Shown: positions 52,124 through 64,000 of the stretch, in pieces
Layout of the letters: each line of letters starts with the position of its first letter
How positions within the stretch are numbered: the stretch's first letter is position 1
Assembly: GCA_030324005.1 (NCBI GenBank)
Contig: JARDVH010000121.1
Coordinates: forward strand, 42,336,302 to 42,400,301
Direction of reading: 5' to 3'
Origin: Negaprion brevirostris
Taxonomy: Eukaryota
DNA length: 64,000 bases
Made by a program: the position numbers and the translations under genes
Notes under the pieces: generated by a model
The model's database searches: none
What the model saw: the letters and a program-made list of their open reading frames with translations, nothing else
What the model was told of the DNA's origin: nothing

Positions 52124-52230
52124 CCTTCATCAGGTTAGTCTCACCTGATGAAGGAACAACGCTCCAAAAGCTCGTGATACCAAATAAACCTGTTCGACTT
52201 TAACCTGACATTGTGAGACTTCTTACTGTG
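52123..52230 (+). mobile_element. Penelope-like terminal repeat with hammerhead-like core and fold-back start
   Basis: cacCTGATGAaggaacaacgctccAAAAgctcg...ccaaataaacctgtt; 13-bp inverted repeat at 52123-52155. Confidence 0.65.
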
Positions 52231-52918
52231 ATTTAAATCATTAGGTTGACCATAGTTTTTATACTATATGAGAGATGCCAACTTTCTTGTCAACGATGCT
52301 GCTGTACAATTTACGGTCAGTCACTTTCATGTTCTGAATACTATGACTGACAAAGCTCCTGTCAAATAGCTGAAATCAAAGTAAGAATTTAAAAGGCTGC
52401 TGCAGTGTTTGGAATTTGTTTCTTACAACTGTTTACACCTTCTGCCATGGTAAACTTGATAGGTTTCAATGTTGCAGTGAAATGTGACGTGTGTGCTGAG
52501 TTAGGTCATTTTGCCTGTGGTGCTACAAACAATCCCAAACTAGGATGTGCCCAGTTTCCAATCTTGGTTGCTTATTCAGTGACCATTCTTAGAAAGTCTG
52601 TCTGTGCTGATGCGAACAGGGTCAGGATTTTCCTGATGCTGTCCCACGAATGCTCAATCCTGGTTTGCCCCTAAACGACAGCTGTTGGGAAAATTCCAAG
52701 TACTGTTGAAACCATATTCCAGCAGGAGAGAAAAAGATGAATGGGAGCAATAGGTGTTCAAACTGCAGCCAATTATGTGGTTCAGTAGACATATCACAAT
52801 GGGCAACTGACTTCCTGTTCTGCGAACTTACACTAACTGAACCAGTACAAGAATTAAGTATGAATGTACAGTTTATTTCTGTCAGTTTCATTCATTCTCT
52901 ATTCTTTTTTCTTTTCAG

Positions 52919-52941
52919 CTTCATTTGATAATGGCTCCTAG
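52919..52941 (+). CDS. SAMD10: SAMD10 terminal coding exon (ASFDNGS-stop)
   Basis: Long pyrimidine tract ttctctattcttttttcttttcag at 52918. The phase-1 join G/CT TCA TTT GAT AAT GGC TCC TAG gives ASFDNGS*, resembling the recalled mammalian SAMD10 end ASFGKMS*. Confidence 0.88.
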
Positions 52942-54810
52942 CTGACACCTCCTTTGGCAGCTTGCTGTGACAGAGAGGACTTCAGTACCGCTGGGATGAA
53001 ACTGTGGAATGTAGATATGAAACTGTGGAGAAGCAAACAATGAATGAATGTAGTCTTTCTGCAGCAGAGGACCTCCAGTTTAAGCTGAATTGTTAAACCT
53101 CATGATAATTTACTTAATCAGCTTTCAGGCTAAAGAAGAAACAACAAAAAAAATTCTTTCATAGTTTTGTAAATTAAGTATGAAAGTTAAATCAAGTGAT
53201 TTGGATGGTGCTACAATTTGCCATATTGCTGTCTTTCATTCTACATCTACCTGAAACTAATAGTTTGTTGTAACACTAGAAAATAGCAGGGAATTCATTA
53301 TTAATATTGCAACACCAGGCTGTGTAAGTACTCTTGACATATAAGGTCTGCTTCAGGCCAGCTCCACGGTTCCTATTAACTTACAACATGATGTGAGTTA
53401 TCTCAGTATTACCTCCACATCCTCAACTCTTCATTATATAAAACGCTCAACAATGAAAAGAATTCCTGAAATAAAAACACTTGCTCACTAATATCATTTT
53501 AAAATTAAAAAAGCTAACGTGCAACTGCATTTCATCCTGCCAGCAATGGTTCCTGAGAGGGAACCAAATAAGAATGAGTTTGAGCTCAATTGTACATAGA
53601 AACATAGAAGATAGGAGTAGGAGGAGGCCATTTGGCCTTTTGAGCCTGCTCCTCCATTCATCATGATCATGGCTGATCATCCAACTCAATAGTCTAATTC
53701 TGCTTTCTCCCCAGAACCTTTGATCCCATTCACCCCAAGTGCTATATCTAGCCACCTCTTGAATTCATTCAATGTTTTGACATCAATTACTTTCTGGAGT
53801 AATGAATTCTGCAGGTTCACCATTCTTTGGGTGAAGAAATGTCTCCTCATCTCCATCCTAAATGGTCTACCCTGAATCCTCACACTGTGACCCCTGGTTC
53901 TGGACTCCCCCACAATCGGGAACATCCTCCCTGCATCTACCTTGTCTAGTACTGTTAGAATTTTATGATTCGTCTGAACACCAGCAAAAGCAATCCCAAC
54001 CTAGTCAATCTCTCCTCACACATCAGTCCCGCAATCCCCGCAATCAGCCTGGTAAACCTTCACTGCACTCCCTCGAGAGCAAGAACATCCTTCCTCAGAA
54101 AAGGAGACCAAAACTGCACACAATATTCTAGCTGTGGCCTCACCAAGGTCCTGTATAATTGCAACAACACATAACAACTATTTCCAATTTGGATATAAAA
54201 AATGAAGTTCCAGTCCAGAGGGAAAGTGACCAAGGCTTAAAAGGAAATGAAGGTTTTCGTTAAGTATCATCAAAATACTCATAGCATGTCAAACATATTA
54301 TGAGTGAATAAAATGGTTTTCATTGTTTGGTTACTGAGCTAAATAATGGAGACTGAGAACTCAGATTCTCTCCAAAAGCAAATAGTAATTTATTTGCAAT
54401 GACTGTGCTATTTACACATTAACATGGCATGTAAATATAGAGGAAGAATGCTCTTTATTTGTGGAAGTTTTTATACTAGTCATTGATTTTAACATTCAAA
54501 TATTCATGGAAGAGATTGTGCATTGGGAGAAAGGAAAAATTCTATTTCAGTGAAAGGCCCCAACCTTAGCACAGTTTTTTTTATAAATCACATTGCAACT
54601 CATTTTGTGAAAGGTCTGATCTTTTTACTGTTGTCTCTGGTTTTACATTATGCTTACGTTACTCATTATGGCAAAAAAAAAACTCACAGCAGTGGCCCTG
54701 AACAGTTGTACTTTAGGCATGCACTTGTGATGGAGATACTGCCAGTACAGACTTGCATTATTACTCATTGCTGCAAGTTATTTGTAAAAATAAAATACCT
54801 TGTATAGTAG
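52942..54810 (+). other. SAMD10: Putative SAMD10 3' UTR (end uncertain)
   Basis: AT-rich sequence after the stop codon with AATAAA at 53470, 54307 and 54789. Which site is used cannot be told from sequence. Confidence 0.45.
53595..54170 (-). mobile_element. CR1/HER1 LINE 3' fragment
   Basis: MFPIVGESRTRGHSVRIQGRPFRMEMRRHFFTQRMVNL; tail catagaaacatagaa on the plus strand. Confidence 0.93.
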
Positions 54811-56184
54811 CTAAACCTGTAATATAGCTTGTATTGCTCAAGTCTGGTAACTCTTTACAATTACTGTACCAACATCATATTAATCGATGAAGACTGTTAA
54901 AACAAATACTAATCACTGTGTACTCCAGGTGATTGATTGAAGAGGGCAAAGTGCATAAAAACATCAATTTATTCTAAACTCATTTAGAGGTTAATTCCCT
55001 GATCACTTAAACACAGAGCACAGCCATAGTCATAGGGAGTGCTGTTGGAGATGGAGCTCCAGCATCCCTCCCTATAAGTGCGGATCCCAGTTGAGATTGT
55101 GGAATCAACCTTTATGTAGTAAGTGGTCTGAATGACTCGCATACAATTTGTCTGATTTTCTCCAGTCTCAGTTGGTATAAAATAATTTTTTTACAGCTGC
55201 TTGTTTGTACAGAGTTCAAGTGGCATGCTTCTGTTAGCAATAGCAGCATCCCTGTTACGTGCCTGTCTGAGTTGGTTAAGTGATAGTAATTATGCATCTT
55301 GATGGTAAACCTTTCATGCTAAATTCCATTATCTGAAATATAATACATTCTGGATCGATCACCTCCTGGTGACCCAGGTATGCATCTAGAAATGAAACCA
55401 ATGTGATGAAGAACATATTAGCACACTTGTAAAACTACCAGTTTTAACAGATGAAGTAACATCTGTCACTGGGTTGACTGTTGCCCCCAATCCAGATTCA
55501 AATTTCAAAACATTGAAAATTATAACTGAGCAAGTTAGCGGATATAGGATCCTTATTTTAAAACAAAACCTGCAAGGGATCTGTGGCTCGATGTACTTCC
55601 CTTTTACCTCTAAGGCCAATCTCAAGTTCCACCTATAGTGATGAGATAAAAGCCTTCTCGTCCTGTTAAGAGCTCCAGATAAAATTCATGTGACAATTCC
55701 CACCTAATTTCATAATTCCCCTCAGTACACAGCACAATATCACTCGTCATTTAACTCTTGAGGGAGTAAGGCTGGGCTGTCACCATGCAATCTTGTTGAA
55801 TTGGAGTTCAAGTGGAGGTATGGCTAGAACATCATAGCCCTACTTTCTCTGCTCTGTGCGCCTATCCTGAAGACAACCTCATTGAATTTGCATTTAGATT
55901 GGAAATTTTGTGTAGAAGTACAATACAAATAATGTAGTTGCCTTCAACAGGCAAAGAGAATTTGCTGTCGAAATGCGACTTGGATAGTGGTGTAAAACAG
56001 CAAAATTGGATTGTCTGCCAGTTAGTCAGTTCCATTGACGGCAGTGGAATTAAACATCAGGCGCTCCTTATAAAAAGCAACGGATCCAATATCGCCCACT
56101 TTGCATTACCATCCAAAATAAATTTTGATCTGTAAGCATGTCAGAACACAGTTCAAGCTATAAATCTCATGGTGAATTTGAAGG

Positions 56185-56450
56185 GCGGCAAGCTGGCACA
56201 AAAGACCACTGCTGCCTCACAGCACCAGGAACCTGGCTTGGGTCACTGTCTGTGCGGAGTCTGCATGTTCTGCGTGGCTTGCCTCCAGGTGCTTCGGTTT
56301 CCTCCCACAGCCCAAAAGATGTGCTGTTTAAGTGCACTNNNNNNNNNNNNNNNNNNNNNNNNNNNNNNNAGAATGTGGCGACTAGGGGATTTTCACAGTA
56401 ACTTCACTGTTAAAGCCTACTTGTGACACTAATAAATAAACCTAAACTTA
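56185..56450 (+). mobile_element. V-SINE with B tail
   Basis: V-domain and tail ...gcctacttgtgacactaataaataaac. Confidence 0.88.
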
Positions 56451-57054
56451 CTGAATGTAAATGAACAGTACAGTCTGTTTACAATGATTGCAAGCTTTGC
56501 TAATCTCCTTGAAATATCATAAACCAGAAAGATGCTCCTCCTGAGTTAAGTCTCAACTTGAAACTAATCCTCAAAGTACAGTTGCTTATTTCAGATGTAC
56601 TCCAGGTGATGTAGTTATCTTTCCCCATGGATAGTCTTGTAACCTTGATCGCTCCAGACTGACTGCTGCTTTCATGCAAAGAAAAGACTTTGAAAAATAG
56701 AACAAGATATTATTAAAAAGGTACTTCTTATAACTAGAATTGGTGGTTACAAGATTCAGAACGAATGTTTACTCACTCAAACGGAGCTGCCAAAATGACA
56801 TGCTATTAGTCTTCCCACAAAATGATTGTATTTGAATTGAATGGCTTGATCCATTTTTCTGTTTGAAGTTTAAACATATTTTAGCTTGGTNNNNNNNNNN
56901 CAAACATGATGGCAGCCATCAATCCATGAATTTCAGGGCCCTCCTGAGCTGTACTATATTCTTGCCTTAGTTGAAGTGTGTATACCAGTCAGATTAGGAT
57001 GTGTGTTCTCTGTATCCTGAAGAAACAGCTAGCCATAATGAGCTTTAACCATTA

Positions 57055-57335
57055 GGGTGGCACAGTGGCATAGTGGTTAGACTGCTGCCTCACAGTGCCA
57101 GGGACCCACATTTGATTCCCGGCTTGGGTCACTGTCTGTGTGGAGTTTGCACATTCTCCCTATGTCTGTGTGGGCTTCCTCCAGGTGCTCCGGTTTTCTC
57201 CCACAATCCAAAGATGTGTAGGTTAGGTGCGTTGGCCATGCTAAATTCTCTCAAACAGGAGCTGGAGTGTGGTGGCGAGGGAATTTTCACATTGCAGTGT
57301 TAACGTGAGGCTACTTGTGACTAATAAATAAGATA
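57055..57335 (+). mobile_element. V-SINE with shortened B tail
   Basis: Complete head and V-domain; tail ...ggctacttgtgactaataata. Confidence 0.88.
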
Positions 57336-57516
57336 AAAACTTAAAAATATATATTCTGTCCCAGTGAATGCTAAGAACAATCGTTCTTTGCTTCAAACTG
57401 AATAGATGGAGAATAATCATTTTTCTCACACCCAGGCCCACAAAATTCAGATATGAGAGTAGTGAATAATAAGTATGTTTTTTATTCATTCATGGGACAT
57501 GAATGAATAAAAAACA

Positions 57517-58305
57517 TTTTATTCATTCATGTGTCGCTGGCTAGCCAGCATTTATTGCCCGTCCCTAGTTACCCTTGGGAAGGTGGTGGTGAGCTGCCTT
57601 CTTGAATCGCTGCAGTCCGTGTTCTGTGGGTTGACCCACAATGCCATTAAGGAGGGAATTCCAGGATCTTGACCCAGCAACAGCGAAGGAGTGGTGATAT
57701 ATTTCCAAGTCAGGATGGTGAGTGGCTTGCAGGTGGTGGTGCTCCCATTTATCTGCTGCCCTTGTCCTTCTAGATGAAAGTGGTTGTGAGTTTGAAAGGT
57801 TCTGCTTAAGGATCTTTTGTAAATTGCTGCAGCATTGTAGATAGTACACATCGTTGCTGCTATGTATCGGTGGTAGAACGATTGAATGTTAGCCAATGTA
57901 GTGTCAATCAAGCAGGCTGCTTTGTCCTGGATGATGTCAAGCTTCTTGAATGTTGTTGGAGCTGCACCCATCCAGGCAAATGGGCAGTATTCCATCACAC
58001 TCCCAACTTGTGCCTTGTTGATAGGTGGATAGGCTTTGGGGTGTCAAGAGGTGAGTTACTCACCGCAGTATTCTGAGCTTCTGAGCTGCTCTTGTAGCCA
58101 CTGTGTTTATATGACAAGTCAGTTCAGTTTTTGGTCAATGGTAACCCCAAGGATGCTGATAGTGAGGGATTCAGTGATGGTAATGCCATTGAATATAAAG
58201 GGCGGTGGTTAGAGTGTCTCTTATTGGTGATGGTCATTGCCTGGAATCTGTGTGGTGCGAATGTTACTTGCCACTTGTCAGCTCAAGCCTGGATAGTGTC
58301 CAGAT
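57517..58305 (-). mobile_element. CR1/L2-group LINE 3' fragment (distinct from HER1)
   Basis: MEYCPFAWMGAAPTTFKKLDIIQDKAACLI and SFAVAGSRSWNSL...GLQRFKKAAHHHL; tail gggcaataaatgctggctagccagcgac...atgaatgaataaaa. Confidence 0.85.
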
Positions 58306-59787
58306 GTACAAGCCTGATGTCCAAGAGCTGGGATCATGAGTGCAAGTGACCTCAAGTGACCCATAGTTCTGACATGTTGATTTAACTGTTACAATTCATG
58401 ACCTGTTAGAATTCAGTATGTATAAACTTCAAGCAACCAATTCACAAAACACTCATTGCTGCCAGTCAAGTAGAACATAAGAGCAGCAATAGATATTATA
58501 CATAAGCTTCAAAAATATACAATGATACCAGGACAAAGTATAATGCTAAGAATAATTAGACATACATTGTTATAAATACAAAAAGAAATGTAGATGAAAT
58601 GAAAGAAATAATGAAAGTTTTGTATGCAGACATTGCTTTCGTGACCAAGGTTTGACAGTGGCTTTGAGCTGACATGAATGGGAGTTGTGTGAATTATAAG
58701 CACAGAGAAGGGGCAGCAGTCTATGACATATTTATGGTGGGAAAGGGGAAAATGTAAATGGGCTCTTCAAGTCATAGCCAAATATGTCAAGGAATTGGTC
58801 TCCGATGTCAGATTGGCACGAATGTCACTTGAAGACAGGAATATGCTGTCTGCTCTTTCTGTAAGCTGGTAATACACTTGAATTATGCCCTTGCTCCTGA
58901 CAGGACTTCCACCCTCTGAGATGAAATTGTGTGGCACATGGCACATCAACACAATTCTAGTATTTTCATTAGAACATACTGCAAGAACTCGAGACAAATG
59001 TCAGTACCTGAAGTTTGCCTTCCACACTACAATATTTCTTTAATGATATTACCTAGTAGATGAATGATTTTATTGTGATGCTGTTCACTTTAGGTTCAGG
59101 GAAAGCACATGTACATCAGTAATTAAGGCTGTAAAGGATAGCCATGATTATCAAGAAGTCAACAAAGTCTTCTGTTTCTGTGTTTCTTCAAATAAAGGCA
59201 ACTGCCAGAGAAATAAGTATTAATGTGCATGCTATTATCTATGCTGCTGCTGGCAAAACTGCTGCATATTGAGCAATTTTTTTTTATTTTACATTCTGAT
59301 GTATCTGTTGCCATAGATGGAAGGAATACATATCTGTGGCTGCATGGGTCCAATCCCATCACACTTTAAATCTTAGAAAACCTTGCTGCATAGTAAAATT
59401 TTAGTGCTGTTATGATGGGTGTAAATTATTTAGCCGTTGTCCACAAGGTACCATGTGTATCACTGTGTTATAGAGATCCAAGTGGTAGGTCCACATCATG
59501 CCTAGGGCAAGGCAAGAACGGTCTTTGATAAACTACCTCAGCTGGTACAGGGATTGAACCTGTGCTGTTCCTGCTGCTCTGCATCATATTCCAACTGTCT
59601 AGCCAACTGAGCTCACCAAACCCCAGTGAAGTTGCGAGGTCAGGGCGACGTTGTTTGTGCATGGCTTATTTGATACATTTCTGTACATTTATCCCTAGTG
59701 ACCTTGTAACATGGAAGTCAAAAACATTTTGTGCTGAGATAGGAGTTAATGCCAGTCCTTCACCAATTGACACAAAGGCAGTTGGTG

Positions 59788-60107
59788 CGGCACGGTGGCA
59801 CAGTGGTTAGCACTGCTGCCTCACAGCACCAGGGATTAGGTTCAATTCCAGCCTTAAGCGACTGTCTGTGTGGAGTTTGCACGTTCTCCCTGTGTCTGCA
59901 TGGGTTTCCTCCAGGTGCTCTGGTTTCCTCCCACAGTCCAAAGATGTGCAAGTTCGGTTGATTGGCCATAGTGAATTGCCCTTTAGTGTCGGTGGATTAG
60001 GAGGGTAAATATATGGGGTTACAGGGATAGGATCTGGGTGGAATTGTTATTGGTCTAGACTTCATGGGCTGAATGGCCTCCTTCTGCACTGTAGATTCTA
60101 TGATTCT
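59788..60107 (+). mobile_element. Full-length V-SINE (CR1-type tail)
   Basis: cggcacggtggcacagtggttagcactgctgcctcacagc ... gggctgaatggcctccttctgcactgtagattctatgattct. Confidence 0.95.
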
Positions 60108-60225
60108 GTGAAAGAAGATAGAAACAGAAACATAAAAATGAGATTTGAATAGCAATAATGACTGGATAAGCTTGTCCCTTTGAACACACCTTGTCGCATT
60201 ACCAAGAAAATCAATGAAACATCAA

Positions 60226-60325
60226 GGTGGAATTTTCGCATCCCACCTGCCACGGGAATCATAGTGGACAGACCTCGGGCAGGATTTTCCAGCTTAGGAG
60301 CGAGTGTGGCCAGAAAATCCTGCCC
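60226..60325. mobile_element. Short MITE (family A, inverted)
   Basis: ggtggaattttc...ccagaaaatcctgccc. Confidence 0.7.
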
Positions 60326-60399
60326 CAGTTTTAAACCGTGGACCTTTCCAACCATCACAAATTCTTTGCTCCTCTCACCCAGCCTTCCTACAATTTGGT

Positions 60400-60680
60400 C
60401 ATTTCATTCAAATATCTCATACGTGTATTGCCTCAATGCAAGTCCTCACCTCTCTCCCTCCCATACCTGGCCATCTGTCTTATGTCCTTAAAGTTGCTAC
60501 TTTTTTGTTGCAATCTTTTACAGCTGTAACAAATTCTCCCTCCCTTCAGTTCTGATGAAGAGCCTAAAAGACTCGCAATGTTAACTCTGTTTTTCTCCTT
60601 ACAGATGCCGCCAGATCTGCTGGGGTTTTCCAGCATTATCTCTTGTTTCAGATTCCAACATCTGCAATATTTTACTTATT
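60400..60680 (+). mobile_element. Penelope-like 3' repeat with decayed hammerhead-like core
   Basis: Pyrimidine-rich lead, then ttCTGATGAagagcctaaaagactcGCAAtgttaactctg...cagatgccgccagatctgctg. Confidence 0.55.
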
Positions 60681-60699
60681 TTATGTTTTTTTGTTAATC

Positions 60700-61345
60700 A
60701 TTTACGGATGTGGGTGCCACTGGCTAGGCCAGCATGTATTGTCCATCCCTAATTGTCATTGAAAAGGGGTTGGTGAGCTGCCTTTTTGAGCCCTAAAAGT
60801 TCATGAGGTGTAGATGCACCCACAGTGACACTAGGGAGGGAGTTCCAGGATTTTGACCCAGCGATAGTGAAGTGAGTGATTTGGAGAACTCTCAGATACT
60901 GGTGTTTCTATGTGTCTGCTGCCCTTGTCCTTCTAGATGGTAGCGGTCATGTGTTTGGGAAGCGTCGCCAAAGGAACATTGCTGAGCTCCTGCAGTGCAT
61001 CGATAGATGGTACATACTGTTCGTCTGGAGTGGGGGGAGTAAATGTAGCGCAAGTCTTCAGTACTATTACCCGAATGTTATCAGGTCTCATAACCTTTGC
61101 AGTATTCAGTACCTTCAGCTGTTTCTTGATATCACACAGGGTGAATCAAATTGGCTGAAGATTGGCATCTGTGACACTGGGGACCTCTGGAGGAGGCCAA
61201 GATGGTTCATTCATTCTACACATACAGATGAAGATTGTTGTGAATGCTTCAGGCTTATTTTTTGCACTGATGTGCTGGGTTCCTCCTTTATTGAGGATGT
61301 GGATATTTGTGACACCTCCCCCTCCAGTGAGTTGGTTAATTGCAG
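60700..61345 (-). mobile_element. Internally deleted copy of the LINE at 57517-58305
   Basis: Same 3' tail; upstream part gives NIHILNKGGTQHISAKNKPEAFTTIF. Confidence 0.75.
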
Positions 61346-61372
61346 AGTAACTGCTGCTATGATCAAAACTCA

Positions 61373-62000
61373 TGGTCGAATTTTTAGGATGGAAGGTCTC
61401 AGCCTAACTGTCGACTCCAAGAGACCCACTGCCAATTTACTCACAAATGAGTGTTGACTGGCGTAAATCAGGACTTCAGCCCTTCAGTCAGAAGGAAGAC
61501 CTGCGTTGGAGAGGATGACCAACAGCCGCCCAGTACCTCCAGCAATAGCACTGCAGTGGCTGGAAGAGGCACTGCATGAAGCTGCCAGAGCCTAAGTCTC
61601 AGGAACCGGCGGCCAAGTGAGTGTCACAAAGGGGGTGATCAGGGTCCTGGGGAAATCGGCCAATAGGGGACAGAAGGTTCCTTAAGGGGAATATGTCCTG
61701 AGTCGGAGACTGTCTTCTGATGGAGGTGCGCCTACCTCACCTTCTGCCTGAGATTGACCTTTCTTCATTTCATGGTGTTCCCCCCTTGAGCTGTCATCCG
61801 TTCGCCAGCCTAGAACTTGAGGCTGGGCAGAAAGCAGCCCTAAAGTGGCCATTAATTGGGAAAAGGGCAGGTCTGCCTCTGAGGCCTTTTCAGCCCTGGC
61901 ATAAAATCATTGCAAGGTCGGGGCGGGAGGAAATCCGGAGGGAATCCCACGCACGCAATTTCATGCTCCCCTTGCCCATTTCAGATCGGCCGAGGGAGTG
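61373..62000. mobile_element. GC-rich MITE-like remnant
   Basis: Starts ggtcgaattttt; composition resembles the other TIR elements; second end unclear. Confidence 0.35.
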
Positions 62001-62061
62001 GGGCTGAGGGAGAGGCAGGTGGGGAAACAGGGCAGCATGTTATTCTGATCGGTGCAGATGA

Positions 62062-62544
62062 GGTTGGAATCACAGGAAATTATGGTCGTCTGCAAATGGG
62101 ATTCTCCAGTCCCGCTGCAGTGAATGGAGATTTGGCTGAGCATCAAATTCTCTGTTCTTGCTGGCAGGACATGTGACATTGGAGAATTCTGGTCGATATG
62201 TTTAATGCCGTCATATCGTTATCAACATCAAATGCGTGTGGCCGCCCAAACAGTAACAAATGATTCAACTGGAAATGGTGGAAATTTGACAGATGCTGGC
62301 GATTGTCTGATTCCAACATAACTTTTCTCTGCCCACTTTTCTGCCACCTCTCCCCCCAACCACCTGCTAACTCCTTCCACAAATTTAGGTGAAACACTGT
62401 GAAATCTAGAGTGGAATTCTCCAACCTTGCCCATGTCTGGGATTATCCAGTCCTGCTGCAGTGAACAGAGACTTGGCTGAGCGCCGATTCTCCATTCTCA
62501 CGGGCAGCGGAAGTGGGGCATGAACAGCCAGAGAATTGCAACTC
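62062..62544. mobile_element. Two family E MITE copies (about 62062-62194 and 62409-62544)
   Basis: Both are colinear with 16746-16882. Confidence 0.7.
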
Positions 62545-63155
62545 TGGGTTTTATTTCATAGATATTGTATGGTTAATAGCTTTTTGTGCAGTGAATGGGT
62601 GAAGAAAAGATTCATTAATCTAACATAGAGATTCAGTTATGCACTGTTTCTTATCTTAACAGCATTCGAGGAAACTGGCATAAATAGTGCACCACTATGA
62701 ATAAGCACAATAATGCTGTGGTCTCCAGCTCTTACACATTTGTACATTTTGTACATTTTGAAGGAACTTAGTGGAATTTTTGGTTTGTGCAGAAATTCAA
62801 CTGGCTAAAAATATTTTATATTGCAATTGGTAAAAGTTCCCAATCTGTGATAGAATACATACGTACAGTACTACATTATTTACTAGCTAAAATATGACTC
62901 TGTGTGTGCGCATGTGTGTGTGAGTGTATGTGTGCACATCCATGGTGTCTAAGAAGAATGCAGTTCCTGCATACTATTATTATAGATGTAAGGCAAAATA
63001 TTGTGACACACATGCTGCTTTTACAGTTTGCAGTTATTAAAAAAACTGCAGCCAATATAGATTTTTGCCCCTGTTGGCTGTGTGTAAGGCTCTGTTGGTT
63101 GTGGATAATCTGACCATATTTTCCCTATATGATTATATCTTTCCTATACCATAAC

Positions 63156-63445
63156 TGGTGGCATGGTAGTTAACACTACTGTCTCACAGTGCCAGAGATC
63201 CGGGTTCAATTTGTGGCTTGGGTCACTGTCTGTGCAGTCTGTATGTTCTCCCCATGTCTGCATGGATTTCCTCCAGGTGCTCCAGTTTCCTCCCACAGTC
63301 TGAAGGACAAGCTGGTTAAGTGGAATAGACATGCTAAATTCTCCCTCAGGATACCTGAACAAGCGTCGGAATGTGGCGACTTGGGGATTTTCACAGTAAT
63401 TTTATTGCAGCGTTGATGTAAACCTACTTGCAACAATAAATAAAA
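63156..63445 (+). mobile_element. V-SINE with B tail
   Basis: Head, V-domain and B tail ending cctacttgcaacaataaataaaa. Confidence 0.9.
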
Positions 63446-64000
63446 ACTAAAGGGAGAAAAATAGATGTTGGTGAAAGATAGAAATGTGATCAAACTATTT
63501 GGCAGTTTCAGATACTTATCTGAGTAAGTACATCCCTAAAAAATGAAGTAAGGAACACTAATTAAAATGCGTGAGAAGATCTATTTTTTGCTTGTCACAG
63601 TCTTATTGAATGTTATGAACAAGAGGCTTTTACAATATTTTATGGCTGCGTAGTCACATATCACCATAACAATAACAAAGATTAACGATGCAAGCTGGTG
63701 GAGGAAGGAGTTAGTGGTAAGAGAGGTTGTATTGGTTGATTTAAATGAATGTTTTATCAAATAATACAGGGTCTTCAGAGCTTTTAATTTTATTTTAATT
63801 TATATCTGTATTCAATGTTGAGCAGCTCCAGTCTGCCCCCTTTTGTGCATGAAGTATAAGATTCCAGCAGTGGTAAACACATATTTATGAGAAAATACTT
63901 TGCATGGTTTAACTCAAGCTCTTTGGCTGGGTGAATATACATAGTTATTGGGTAGGTGAAAAGGGGTATTTAAATAAAATAATCATTGTGGGGTTATTAA

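Noticed and set aside
59788-59860. tRNA-like A and B boxes at SINE heads
   Set aside because: They run straight into V-SINE bodies and show no complete cloverleaf; not tRNA genes.
60876-61457. 193-aa ORF
   Set aside because: Antisense reading of a decayed LINE plus MITE sequence; no recognisable domain.

Overview
Eukaryotic (vertebrate) genomic DNA, very likely a shark, judged from HE1-type V-SINEs, HER1/CR1 LINEs and Deu-domain SINEs; the species cannot be determined. It is a draft assembly with many N gaps. The only host gene I can support is the 3' part of SAMD10 on the + strand: three coding exons (7910-8078, 26257-26397, 52919-52941) joined by GT-AG introns of about 18.2 kb and 26.5 kb. 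They encode the SAM domain and C-terminus (...[52 protein letters not shown]...[16 protein letters not shown]). The 5' exons were not found and presumably lie upstream. The rest is mostly degraded and often nested transposons: about 14 V-SINEs with two different 3' tails, CR1, L1, Rex1/Babar and Penelope-like remnants, a Gypsy gag-protease remnant, LTR fragments, a decayed PIF/Harbinger transposase and many GGG...CCC-ended MITE-like elements. Nearly all ORFs in the supplied track are chance or TE-derived. I found no convincing new protein-coding system. The best leads are (1) a V-SINE subfamily whose tail matches the Rex1 LINE end rather than CR1, (2) a ~1.5 kb inverted pair of Penelope copies with decayed hammerhead cores just 3' of a SAMD10 exon, (3) a Harbinger transposase plus MITE families, and (4) an antisense exon-like island at 30.7-31.0 kb. 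Repeat boundaries were read by eye and are approximate; exon boundaries were counted exactly.
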